NCBI GenBank assembly: GCA_051294905.1
Contig: CM119377.1
Span: 20,708,001 to 20,772,000, forward strand
Direction of reading: 5' to 3'
DNA: 64,000 nucleotides
From: Botryllus schlosseri
Lineage: Eukaryota
This document shows positions 11,456 through 23,379 of this stretch, one piece after another. The notes under the pieces are model-generated. The model saw nothing but the letters and a program-made list of their open reading frames with translations, was not told the DNA's origin and searched no databases. The stretch's first letter is position 1. The number at the start of each line of letters is the position of its first letter. The translations under genes and the position numbers were made by a program.

Positions 11456-12090
11456 GATTGTCCCCAGCGTTTAAATATAAAATCTAAGATTATGGATGTG
11501 ATGCTATCTTGAATAGTGCTCTTCATACGGGTGTATCGCACAGAGCAATGGTGGGTAATTATTTTCTCCGCGGGTCAAAAGAAAAGCAGAAATTATATTG
11601 GAGGGTCGAGACAAAAATTTGTGTTTTTTAAGAGGATCTACTTAAATAATAATAGTTCTTAAACACAGCGACCTGCTCGGTACACAAACTGCTTAAAATA
11701 CGGGTTTACATGACTGCAGTAAACGATTATTTGCGGAGGATCTTATTAGAATTCCTTCGTTCAGTTATCGCACCTATCTTTTTGTGACATGCCCGTTCAT
11801 CCTTAATGGGTGACGATGACTCATGGGTTGTCTCGCTTGATACTTGAGCAGTAGTCCGCTTACAGCCACTTAATATTCAAAAGTGGGTTTTATATTATGA
11901 ATTGCAAGCAACTTTTCGCGGGCCGTTCAGAATCGCGTCGCTAGCCGCATTTGGCCCGCGGGCCACACATTGCCCAGCAGGTCAGCCCTAGGGTGTACCG
12001 TAATTTTAAAAGGGTTGCACCACTCAGATGGAATGCAATGAGAAGTACCCGTTTCGAATTACAATGGACGGGTGATTAGCTATCACAATA

Positions 12091-13469
12091 CAAGAAAGGC
12101 GCTGCGAGTGACCCAGCGAACTACAGAGGCATCTCCCTGATGCAGACCGCTGCCAAGCTGTTCGACCGAGTACTGCTCCTTCGCATACGTGAGCAACTCT
12201 CTACCAAGCTCCTGAATGCTCAGAATGGATTTCGACCATCTCGCGGTACAACAGAGCACATCCTGGCACTGCGCACAATCATTGACACCTGCCGCTCACA
12301 CAAAAAGAATGTTGTGGCCGTCTTCGTTGATTTCGCGAAAGCCTTCGACTCGGTCTCGCGCCCAGCCATGGCGGAGATCCTCAGATTCTATGGAATTCCT
12401 GATGTGATAACGTACGCCATTATGGCCCTCTACACTGACACACGAGCGCGAGTCCGAACAGATGACGGCCCAAGCGGAGATTTCAACACTTCGGCTGGTG
12501 TGCTTCAAGGTGACACCCTGGCACCATTCTTGTTCGTGGTCATCCTTGACTTCGTGCTACGAACGGCCTTCCCGGATACTACGAACTTCTTTAAATGGCG
12601 GCCACGGCAAGGAACGCGCACGCGTACGACTCGCGAGGCAATCCACGTAGGTATTCTTGCCTACGCAGACGACCTAGCCCTACTTGCCCCGAACACCGCA
12701 TCGGCACAGCGCCTCATTAACCAGCTAGAGGCCGCCGCCGCTCTTGTTGGCCTCCAGATCAACGCTAAGAAGACTGAGGCTCTGGCCATACCAGCTCTAC
12801 CGGAGAACGCGACACCAATTCGACTGGGAGATATCGATCTCAAGTATGTAACGAGTATGGTATACCTCGGTATTGACGTCGCTGACCCTGGAAAAGCGCT
12901 CAAGGCGAGGCGAGCAAAGACCTGGGGCGCGGCAAGACGGCTACATAGCCTCTTCCATTCAAGTGCCTCAACCCAGCTCAAGACCCGCATCTTCCGTGCC
13001 ACTGTCGAGCAGGTTTTTCTCTACGGAATAGAGACACTCACGCTGACAGAGAAGCTGGCTAAGACGCTCAACGCTGACTATGACGCAATCCTCCGCTATG
13101 CACTCGGCATTCACCATCCGGAGCATATATCCACGAACGCATTGCGAGAACTCACAGGAACGGTCCCATGCCGTCTACTGGCAGCTGAACGACGCCTCCG
13201 CCTAATCGGCCATCTAGTGCGGCATCAAGACGAGCAACCATTAATCACATTCCCACGTAGCCATGGCGCAGAGGTGGCTGGAATCGGAGAACATGGCGCT
13301 CGACAATGGAGACTGATCTAGCGCAACGCGGGCTGTCGCTTGAAGACGCCCACGACCGCCCACGTTGGAGACGCTTAACACGAGCCCATAACTGATTATC
13401 TCGATGTTCTTTTTGTCTCCTGTTTTCTTTTGCCCTTTTTATTTTATCTAATTGAAAAGTCGATATATA
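12091..13469 (+). mobile_element. 5'-truncated RTE-clade non-LTR retrotransposon; RT frame open 12089-13321, frameshift near 13245
   Basis: Motifs KKG..SDPANYRGISL, QNGFR, FVDFAKAFDSV, GVLQGDTLAPFLF, YADD, YLG. In the shifted frame the RTE-like tail RRGGWNRRTWRSTMETDL...WRRL follows. No C-terminal zinc knuckle. 3' end is (TA)n. Confidence 0.92.
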
Positions 13470-14413
13470 TAGTGTTGGGATCAAGTCACTACCTTCAAGT
13501 CACGAGTAATTTCGAGTCATTGCACTTTTTGACTCGAGTCAAGTCAAGTCAATCGAATTTCGAAGGTGACTCGATTCAAGTCAAGTCACTCGATTTTTGG
13601 AGGTGACTCGAGTCAAGTCGAGTCAAGTCAAGTCAAGTCACGAGTCAAGTCACAATTCAAGTCAAGTTGCCTTTTCGAAGTATAAGGCATGCTTACGTCA
13701 TTGCATTTAGCTAGCTGTCAGAAATAAAGATTGAGTGGTCATTGATTCTGGACTCATGAACGAATATAGAGTTAAATATAAACGCAAGAAGGCACTTTAT
13801 TGCTCACATATAGCCTACGTTGAAATGCTAAACTACATAAGTAATAGCATAGCCTCGGATTATAGTTACCAGCCAAAACAGAGAATAGAGAAACGAATTG
13901 ATAAGATGTAATACATTACCCAGTTAGAAATTGATACAATGCGGGCCTGCGCGAATGGTTGAGGACTATATAAACTATATTAGAATTCAATTTCAATAAA
14001 ACAACTCTGGTTAAGTTAAGAACAGAGAACAGAAATAGACATTTTGTTATTAAATTACTTTAAATTACTAGTTTACGACAGCGTAAGCTGTAAGCTTCGA
14101 TCATTTCGTTTCCGATCAATTTATTTGTGTGAGAACAATGGAGGTTCAGTAAATAGCACAATCATTGAATGATTGGTCGCTCTCACGGATTACACCAGCG
14201 TTTCGCGTACAATCCGAACATACGCAAGATACAATGATTTTTATCGACATCGATTGCTTGATGACTCGAAATTGACTCGTGAATTTTGCTCCGATTCACG
14301 AGTAAATCCACATTTCTGATACGCCGAGTCAAATCAAGTCAAGTCATTTTAGCAAAGTGACTCGAGTCAAGTCAAGTCGTACGAAAAAGGTGACTCGAGT
14401 CATCCCAACACTG
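12091..14413 (-). mobile_element. MITE family B copy (body 13470-14413) whose left terminus is split by the RTE
   Basis: Reverse-complement homolog of 10493-11455. TSD TCACAATA at 12083-12090 and 14414-14421. Confidence 0.85.
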
Positions 14414-14536
14414 TCACAATATAGATAGACCGAGTCAAATCAAGTCAAGTCATTTTAGCAAAGTGACTCGAGTCAAGTCAAGTCGTACGAAAAAGGTGAC
14501 TCGAGTCATCCCAACACTGTCACAATATAGATAGAC
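14325..14536 (+). repeat. Perfect 106-bp tandem duplication of the MITE end plus flank
   Basis: 14325-14430 is identical to 14431-14536 by eye. Confidence 0.9.
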
Positions 14537-15890
14537 AAGTGTATGCTTCAAAACAGGTTGACCGGATGCGCAATATCGGACAATCTTCATATCAACTGAA
14601 CGCAGCCTGTGAATTACATCATTATTGTGATGTCATAAGCAAATGTTTCACTCCATCATTTAATCGTTGGTAATGGACTTATTGGCTCCCTTTGAAGTAG
14701 AACAGGATGGAGTTAACATGTGTGCAGCTTGCGATATTTGTCTACAATGATTCTAGAATAAACCGCAGCGATAGTTCAGACATTTTTAATTGGTACTTCC
14801 TGCGAGTCTCGGGAGTCGGGTTTCAGAAAAACTGTGTGAGATTATTTCCCACTAACCTCGAGTCCTCATTAGTATTTAGCATGTAACAGCCTTGCTCATC
14901 CTTGCTTCGATTAGGCCAGGGATGGCCAACCTGTTGATGTATGGCCTCCCCCCCTTGGAGGCGTGAAAGCCTCTGAAGAGGAGCGCGAAGCCGCAGTTAA
15001 CATACAGTTGCGCGATTTACCCTCGTTTCACGGTGACTGCTTGGTAAATTATCTGAATTTCGTCTTTCACAATTCTCTCATCAACAGCTATGTCATTCAA
15101 TGCCATCAAACTACCCGTTGGGATCGCTAGCATACTGATTGCTCTCTTTATTATTATATGAAATTACGGTAAGGGGGTACAAAAAATGTCGAAAAACGTT
15201 TGAGAACCACTGCCGTATAATATGTGCGACCTTCTACACATAATTAAATTAGCGTGTATTGGCGACTGTCAATGTGCAATTTGAATTGACGAATACGTTT
15301 CCTAGTTATCAAGAGATTTTAATTGAAATCAATATTTTTCGTCACGCTTGTCGCGATTCGGGGTGACTTGGATTTTTCGGTTTTAATATAATAGTGTCCT
15401 TGCAATCTGAGTCCCACCGTGTAAATGCGAACCGCAAAGAAAAGTGATGGGCTCCACAAATAAATAACAAGTTGAAATCATGTGGGACGTGTGCGTCTAA
15501 CGAGTGAAGGATTTTCTGGAACGTTTGGGTGATTCCAAATTATGACTATACCGACAATCCTTTAATGGGAGGTCAAGAAATAACGAAGACCGCAGGATGC
15601 ATCATAATTATTGTTGTGCCCGAAGTTTCCGAAGATATCCCACTCATCAGCTCTGCCGGTGATCTGATCACCTGGGCTGAAATGGATAAATATTTGACGG
15701 TATTATGTGAAACTACAAATATTATCGACGGAAGTCATTCACGAGGCTAGAAATATATCCGCGGTCGGCGCGTCTGTATAATGAGTCCCAATAACTTTTC
15801 GAAACAATATTAATCACGATTCTGGTGCTTGTATAGGAAGCTTTCGGGGGTGCTCTGCTTCGACAATTAGAAACTTTTAAGTGCAAGGTA

Positions 15891-16772
15891 GGGGAGATGT
15901 GGTACCGATGGATCAAAAATTGCAAAATGATCTCTGGCCCTCACATCTTCAGCTGAGAATAACAGATCTTTTGCTATCTCAACACTTCGATACAAGATTT
16001 ACCTATCGCGGACATTAACATGGATATCCGCCTTTTCAAAAAATATTTATAAACGTTTAAAATTTGTTGCTCAAAAATTCAAATTTGTTAACTTGTTTTG
16101 TTGTGTACCATAAGCTAAGCTACAGCAAGCCAATGACGAATGTTTCGTCACGACCTTCAAGAATAAAATAGATTATATCAACTCAAATGTTGGCATAAAA
16201 TAATGTTTTGATTTACGCCCAAATTAACAAAATTAATGCCACATACATATTACCCGCAAATCGACATTTTGACTGTCAAATACCCCGTAATAGCGACAAA
16301 ACACCACAGGTAACTATGATTTGCAGCCTATATATATGTAGTCGAGTTTCTGTTGTTAAGTGATTAGTTGGTCCATCTATTTTGCTTGATTTGGCTATGG
16401 TACCATAGGTCCCCCACCCCATAAATATTGTAATTGAATTGAAAATAGTCCACTCGAGGATGGTATTGATTCAAAAAATATCTGCCATTATACAAGCCCT
16501 ATACTTCACATCTAAAATTATGGCGGGTTTGTTAGTCAGAAAGGTGATATAGAAAAATGCAAATGTCGATCCAAATTTACTTTACACCCCCTAAAACGTA
16601 AATCATTCGTCACAGACCCCATAACTCACGCAGGTCGCATTTTTTTGCATGTGGGGAAAGATTCTAGCAGCATGTAACTGTCGACAAATTCACGGAGTGT
16701 AATCATGGAATTATCATGGAGAATTTTTCAAGTGTTTTCGGTCCCAGTGATCCATCGGTACCACATCTCCCC
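15891..16772. mobile_element. Non-autonomous Tc1/mariner-pogo-type element
   Basis: Perfect 25-bp TIR ggggagatgtggtaccgatggatca, with TA on both sides (15889-15890 and 16773-16774). Confidence 0.88.
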
Positions 16773-17019
16773 TATATCTCAAGAAGTCAGTGATGGAACA
16801 GAAGACCACAATCAGTCTCCGCGGTGCGAAGTTACAAGTAGTCAATGTAACATGAGTCGGCTATTTGTCGTCCAGATAGGCCACGACGACTCTCAACTGG
16901 AACGCAGCCCTGTGCTATATTTATAATCGAAATAGGGTCGTAAATAGCAAAAAAAGGTTTAACACTCCTGGATTAGGTTTACCGATGAATCAGTGAATTT
17001 CGTGGTCATTGGTGGCTTT

Positions 17020-17640
17020 GAAAAATGACTGGACTCGGCGTTACATTAATGCGGATTGACTCGTGACTCGAAGCAAAATATTCGAGGCAATTTCACGTTA
17101 TCAAGTAATCCGTGTCGATTTAATCGCTGTATCCGCACGTACATGTTCTCGGCACGCTGATATGATCTGTGTGAGCTACAAGTCATTCAGCGATTGCGCA
17201 GCCTGGTTTTACTCAGCCTCTGTCGGTAAGTAACAAATACATTGACCGCAAACGAAATGATTAGAGCAGTGCTTCTGAAATTAGGGGGCGCGAAGCCGCA
17301 TCAACTGAATTATTTTCGCGATGTGCGCGATTTACCTCTGTTTCCTAGTTGTTACTCTGATTCTAGTCCGAATTTCATATCCGAGAACTATATCTTTAAC
17401 AGCCATATCCTTCCATGCCATTGAACTAACCGTTGATGTTGCTAGCATTATATTTGCTGTTTTTAATATTTTGTGATATCACGATAAGAGGGGCGTGAAA
17501 TTTTCACTATCATAAAGGGGCATGTCTTAAAAAGTTTAGGACCCACTAGTAGTGTCCTATCTATAGCAGTGTCTTTCCTGCTCGTTACTAATATCATCGA
17601 ACCTCTTGCATAATTTAAATTGGACTGATGTAGCTTGGAC
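17020..17640 (+). mobile_element. Decayed MITE family B fragment interrupted by a hAT MITE (about 17267-17548)
   Basis: gattgactcgtgactcg...tcaagtaatc..tgtcgat is similar to 10610-10700, and the similarity resumes after 17550. No TSD found. Boundaries are approximate. Confidence 0.5.
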
Positions 17641-18130
17641 CAGGAGAGGGCAAACTTTCTAGCTCGCGGGCCGCTTTCAAGATCTGAATCCTTACGCGGG
17701 CCACACTACATACAATTTGGATTATAAACCAAAACGCAATATCGCTATTTGATTATAGAGTGATGGTATGGAGGTAATATATATGTATCTTTAAAACAGA
17801 CCAAACATTGATTTAATGATAACGTACACGGGTCAGAAACTTCGACGAGATTTTACAAGCTGGTCGATCGCTATAACCAATTTGTCAAAACTATAAGAAT
17901 GAAAGTCGGTTAGAACAGCATGGAAATTTGAATATCGGATCAGCGATCTGTTCATAGATTAGCTGATTCTACTTTTGTTTAACTCCAGGATACGGTTGCG
18001 AGATAGCGTAGTGACCTGATCCACCCCAGCAAACACCCGATATCCCATAGAGTTATTGGTTCGTCCTCAATTGTTCCCACTCGTCCCACCTCCCACAGTT
18101 AGTTACGGAGGACTTGCTCAGTATGTCCAA

Positions 18131-19714
18131 TAGGGTTGTCCAAAATTTGGAAAATCTTAAAAAGTCTCCGTGATTGTGTTTCATTCTATAGATTATTGAT
18201 AAAAAAAAACAATTAGCCTGAAAGAAGCTTACAGAAATGCCGTTAAGATTTCGGTCAAAGCGTTTGAAAGTAGCTGCTCAAGAATGGGCGTGCCACCGAC
18301 CATAGAACGGCGAGAAGACTAGTAATCAAACAACCACGGCTATTGATTGGCTAATCGGCTATGCTTCAATGATCACGCCAGCAGCAGCTTGCTGATTAGG
18401 TGTTCAAGAAGTGGTGATTTAAAATTAAAACAGGACATGTTGAGTTACGAATTACATGATGAACAAACAACACCAGCTTCACCGAAGCTTTTACAGCATG
18501 ATTGCTTTATTGCGAAGGAAACGGCTGAAGCCTACATGCCGTGTTTTCATCGAGATAAAGCAAAGGCGCTTATGCAAGTGTTGAGCGAATTCACCGTTTC
18601 AGTACGCATCCATCATCAGTGAATACAAATATATATAGCATAACAATGACACTATGCTTTGTGTGATCTTATTGGGCTGAAGCTGTAGTATATAGGTGCC
18701 GTTTTAAATGCTCTAGGGATTGGCGGAATCAGCCGGTTATGCTTGGCACTTATCAGATGCTTACAGCAAATTGAATGCACTTGTAGGCGTTGTTTAAGTC
18801 ATTAATGAAAACACAGAAAAGAGGTGGTAATGTACACACACTCGTACAGGCTATGCTGGATATGGTATCTCAAAGTCCTTATTGATCCCGCTGAAAAGTG
18901 GTGAGAAGAAAAGCACAGACTATGCTGCATATAGTATCCAGCATAGTTTGGATATCATATCCAGCGTAGCCTGTGCCTACCTTACACCTCTTTTCTGCAG
19001 CATCAGTAAGGACTTTGACAACTCTTATAAGTGAATTCAATTTGCTGTAAGTATAACTGCCAAGCATAACTGCCCGATTCAGTCGATCCCTAGAACCTTG
19101 AAAACTTAAACTATATACTACAACGTGGGTCCAATAAGATCACACAAATTAGTCCAAGCTTTATATTTGTATTCACTGATGATGGATCCCTTCTTAAACG
19201 GGGAATTCGTTCACCACTTGCATAAGCACATTTGCTTTTTCTCGTAAAAAACACGGCATGTAGGCTATAGCCGCTTCCTTCACAATAAAGCAGTCATGCT
19301 GTAAAAGGTTTTGTGAAGCAGGTGTTGTTTGTTCATCATGTATTTCGTAACTTAACATGTCCTGAATTAAACTGAAATCATCACCTGCCAAAATACTAAC
19401 AATCCGCACTCAGAATCCCCGCCGGTAGCAGACTTCTTGAACACCTAATCAGCAAGCTGCTGCTGCCGTGATCATTGAAGCATAGCCGATTAGCCAATCA
19501 ATAGCCGTGGTTGTTTGATTACTAGTCTTCTCGCCGTTCTATGGTCGGTGGCACGCCCATTCTTGAGCAGCTACTTTCAAACGCTTTGACCGAAATCTTA
19601 ACGGCATTTCTGTAAGCTTCTTTCAGGCTAATTGTTGTTTTTTTATCAATAATCTATAGAATGAGACACAATCACGGAGACTTTTTAGGATTTTTCAAAT
19701 TTTGGACAACCCTA
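18131..19714. mobile_element. Foldback-like hAT element, almost entirely an inverted repeat (arms about 740 bp, loop about 80-100 bp)
   Basis: TIR tagggttgtccaaaattt. Perfect TSD ATGTCCAA (18123-18130 and 19715-19722). Arm similarity can be followed from the termini to about 18870 and 18950. Confidence 0.92.
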
Positions 19715-19721
19715 ATGTCCA

Positions 19722-19767
19722 ACTATAGATAACTAACCTACGGCTACGTAGGTTAGTTATCTATAGT
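19722..19767. repeat. Perfect hairpin: 21-bp stem, 4-nt loop
   Basis: actatagataactaacctacg-gcta-cgtaggttagttatctatagt. Confidence 0.92.
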
Positions 19768-21989
19768 CCAACAGTGGACGCCCAATTATGTAACTCCAGG
19801 TGACTACCAGATAAATTAACTTTTAGAACCCTCCTATGCCAGTCACCAACGACCATGCTAGTGGATATCGTAATTGTGTGATGCCTGGATGCCACCGTCA
19901 CATGAGTTGGTCGGGATGTTCGTACTTGGAAATCGTTCGTCTGAATTCAAATGTGCATTATTGTGCAATCAATGCAAAACAAGTTTTCTGAATACACTCC
20001 TGATACATGTGAAATCTGCCGGAGTCAAAATCAAGTCAGAATATGTTATATACCCGTAATGCATGTGAAATCCTCCGTCATCAAAACTTGATAATCGTAA
20101 TGGTGCGGGCAGCTCACTCTCCCACCATAAATGCTATTATGGTACTTCGTATGTATCGAGTAGGATGTGTAATTATGATTAGCATGCAGTGAGTGAGGTC
20201 GCGCATCATCTTGAGTAGGTCCGTCCAGAGCGAGTCGTGTCACGTTCACAGCAGGTGTTTTATTGTCCATCCACCGCAAATGCTATTTTGGTACTCAGAG
20301 CGAGTAGTAGGGTTTGGTCAAATTGGTGCCAGCCCTGAGGCTATTTACGTTCGTCGCTCACTGCTAGACTATCACCGTGTGTATTTATGCTCATCGCTCA
20401 CCTCTAGACTATCGCGATGCGTATTTAGCACTATGTATTGAATTTTTACGTAAATTCGATCGAATCAACTATGCGCGATTTTATATGTATTTATACGTAT
20501 TTAGGACCATGTATTTAGCACTATTATTGATCATTGTCTTTCCATACAATTGTCTTCACTAGTCATACGGCAATGCGCTTTATTGCCTTACTGCACAAAC
20601 CTTTTTTTGCTGATAGGGAAAGATCCCATAGATGACTAATACGATCCTATAAAGTTGGCATGTTACAATTTGGTTTCCCTTGGTTTTCGAACGAATAAAA
20701 ATCATATCTGAAGTACCATATATATCATGAATTAACGTTTAGACCATTTTAGATTGCAATCAGCAGCGTTTGTCTGGGCCGCTGACAGATGCTAATGCTT
20801 GTGGACCTGCGAATTTGGAATAAGTAAAAAGTTAGAATCAATGGGTTCTATTAGCATTATTTATCAGTTCAATACACCACAATATTGCGATCCAATGAAA
20901 TGATAAGGGGTAAGCAAACGTTGCACAGTCTGTTCAACACGGCGTATCTACGGGGTGGTTGTTTCAAATACCGAACCATGAGACCAGCATCGCTATCAAC
21001 CTAAATGATGACTTGAGATTCCATGAACATCGAATCTCGAGATACTCCAGTTTCCTTAATATAAATGTCTGAAGAATGATGTTGGACCTCTGAAAGTCGA
21101 CATAATGTATCGCAAGTAGTAGTAGCTCGCTTGCCAGAGGAATATAGACATACTACCGCAGGATATCGGGAAAAAATAAAAGTCATTGTGCGTTGTGAAG
21201 ACAATATCCACAAGCTCATTTGCTCTGATTACGTGAAATTCACACTGGTACGGCAAAGGATATCGCCTAAAGTCTGGGAAATATATTTTAAAATATTTGA
21301 CCTGCCTGGCAATTTATTTTCTCTTTATGGTCCCGGATTTCAGTGCTGAAAGTATTCATATGCGATGTATATCGCTATCACAGGGCTCTTTCAATGTAGT
21401 TCCAGCTTATCAGTGTCATATTCATTTTTCATATATTAGCAATTTCATCATCCAAACTCTATCACAGGCCTTTATCAAGATGTAAACGCGTGAAAAAAGC
21501 ATTATTCTCACTTTCGACATACCTGAAACACGATGTTTGGTCATACCGAAGTGTCGAAATTTCAATTCAATATTGCACGGCCTGTACTATTCGAAATTGA
21601 CTGAAATTTGGTGTGTAGCGTTCTTTTAGGCAACCTGACAATTTTATTACTAAGCAAGTGAAACTTGAAGAAAAAGTTGTTTTTGAACAACCCTAACGCT
21701 CAGTGGCGTCATAATCACACGAAGCGGTAAGCGGGGATTGTCTGCCGCCGCTCTCATTGTGTGAGACAATGACGATTTCTGACTTGGAGTTGTATTTTCC
21801 ACGTGCTTTAGAATTCATCTATTTAGAAGAGATTTGTACCACGTCTGCTATTACCTTAGCTAGGTTGTTCAATAAACGTCACCTTCGTATTGTTAGTTTT
21901 GTGACACATCGAAATTACTCTTACTTCTGATTATCAATTCGCTAAACATGTAGGATTGCAGGCTAATTGACTTTGCAGCATACTTTTTT

Positions 21990-22921
21990 ATGTATCTATT
22001 ATTTCTATTTTTCTATTTCCTGCAGTTTATTTGTCACTGTGTCATTCGTATTTATAGTTTCTAATCTTATCTTCGCTTCTTGCATTACCTTCTTTTCTAG
22101 TTTTTGGTCCTCAACTTTTTTTCGATGTCTAAACTTGAGGTTTATTACTGCTTTTTTGTGGATGGATATGCGTATCCAATCTATTTTGGTGATTCCCTCA
22201 TTATATAATATTGCGTACTTCGTCAGGTATTTCCCGAGTACGTCCTCTAGTTTTTTTTGATGTTTCAAGCATATACACATTCTCTCAGGATATGCTTTAC
22301 GTTGTCATCTCTACCCCCACAGAACTTGCCGTTTTTATCTTTGAGAATATTTCTGTTTCGTTTTTTTTCTTCAAAGATGTATGCATTCTGTGCCGTTTTA
22401 TAGTTTATATTTCTTTTGTAATTTTTTAATAATTTCTTTTCGTAAAAGGCTGTTTTAGCGATTACTCCATCTCATCTCAGCTCCACTTTCTGGTTTTTGC
22501 TTCTCCGAGGTTTTTGGTTACTTTGTACAGAGACTTGTGGAGGGCTTCCTCCCCTTATTCGTCTATCCAATGCTGTCTCTGTGCCAGGTCGAGTGTCTCG
22601 GTAGACCGTCTCGGTGTTGGGAATTGGTGGGGTTCCGAGTTGGAGAATAGTTTCGCGTTTACTTTTTTATTTTTGTCCTAATTTTATGTATGCCGTATTG
22701 TTGCTATATTTCTGTGATCTCTTTGATTTTTTCTGTTCTGCCGTGTTTCCTAGTGTGCATGCTTTCACTTTGGACGCAATGTTGGGTATGGACATGCCTC
22801 CCTTGTTTTGGTCGGATACCAGGACCTTTCTAGCGATGCTCTCCATTTTTTCTGGATACCAGAGAAATTGAAAGCACATTCTTCCGATGTGTTTTATTGT
22901 CTTCGATAGTAGTGACGTATC
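21990..22921 (-). mobile_element. Degenerate Tx1/L1-type LINE fragment (post-RT region and zf-RVT knuckle)
   Basis: Minus strand reads CFQFLWYPEKMESIARKVLVSDQNKGGMSIPNIASKVKA (L1-type FLW..GG motif) and (G)KFCGGRDDNVKHILREC at about 22275-22330 (CCHC-like). Multiple stops. Confidence 0.72.
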
Positions 22922-22929
22922 GTCTAGAC

Positions 22930-23371
22930 CAGTGGTTCCCAACCTTTTCCACCCACGTACAATTTCGAAGTTTTAAGCAGTGCTCGCGTACCACCTACAT
23001 AAGTTACGCGCACCGTAGGCGGTCAGAAAGTTTCCACCGTGTTAAGCTGCCAAAGGCATCAAAACAGAGAATACGCTGCCCATTTTAGGGAGAATTATAT
23101 GATTTCTGTTGTGGTTCCATTTGGAATTCTTGTAGTCAAATAAATTAAAACGAAATTTGGTTAGGTAAGAATTCCCATGCTTTACGACTAGATCTCTTCC
23201 CTATAGGCCGTCATTGGTGGGATTGCCCCGTCCTGCGACGAAGACGGCTTCAAAAAACTCAAAATCAACCCCACCTGAACTAATAACTCCCTTCAGTCGA
23301 AAAATAAAACAGAATATACTCGCGCTCCACCTGGAAGACATTCGCGTACCACAGAAGGTTGGGAACCACTG
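22930..23371. mobile_element. hAT (Buster-type) MITE
   Basis: TIR cagtggttcccaacctt / aaggttgggaaccactg, flanked by GTCTAGAC and GTTTGGAC. Confidence 0.85.
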
Positions 23372-23379
23372 GTTTGGAC

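Noticed and set aside
14917-15212. Further hAT-like ends (14917-15212, 11540-11985, 17641, 48652-48797, 49207, 53350, 58362)
   Set aside because: Probably MITE fragments, but no matching TSD or partner end was found, so boundaries are not supportable.
18347-19409. Similar ORFs 18347-18622 (+) and 19194-19409 (-) as a duplicated gene
   Set aside because: They are the two arms of the foldback element. In the stretch I compared, about 13 codon differences are non-synonymous and 3 synonymous, so there is no sign of coding constraint.
21130-21360. Protein-like stretch KIYFPDFRRYPLPYQCEFHVIRANELVDIVF (-) near a lone ...caaccctaa terminus at about 21696
   Set aside because: I cannot match it to a family, found no partner TIR, and stops flank it. 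Possibly a TE remnant but unsupported.
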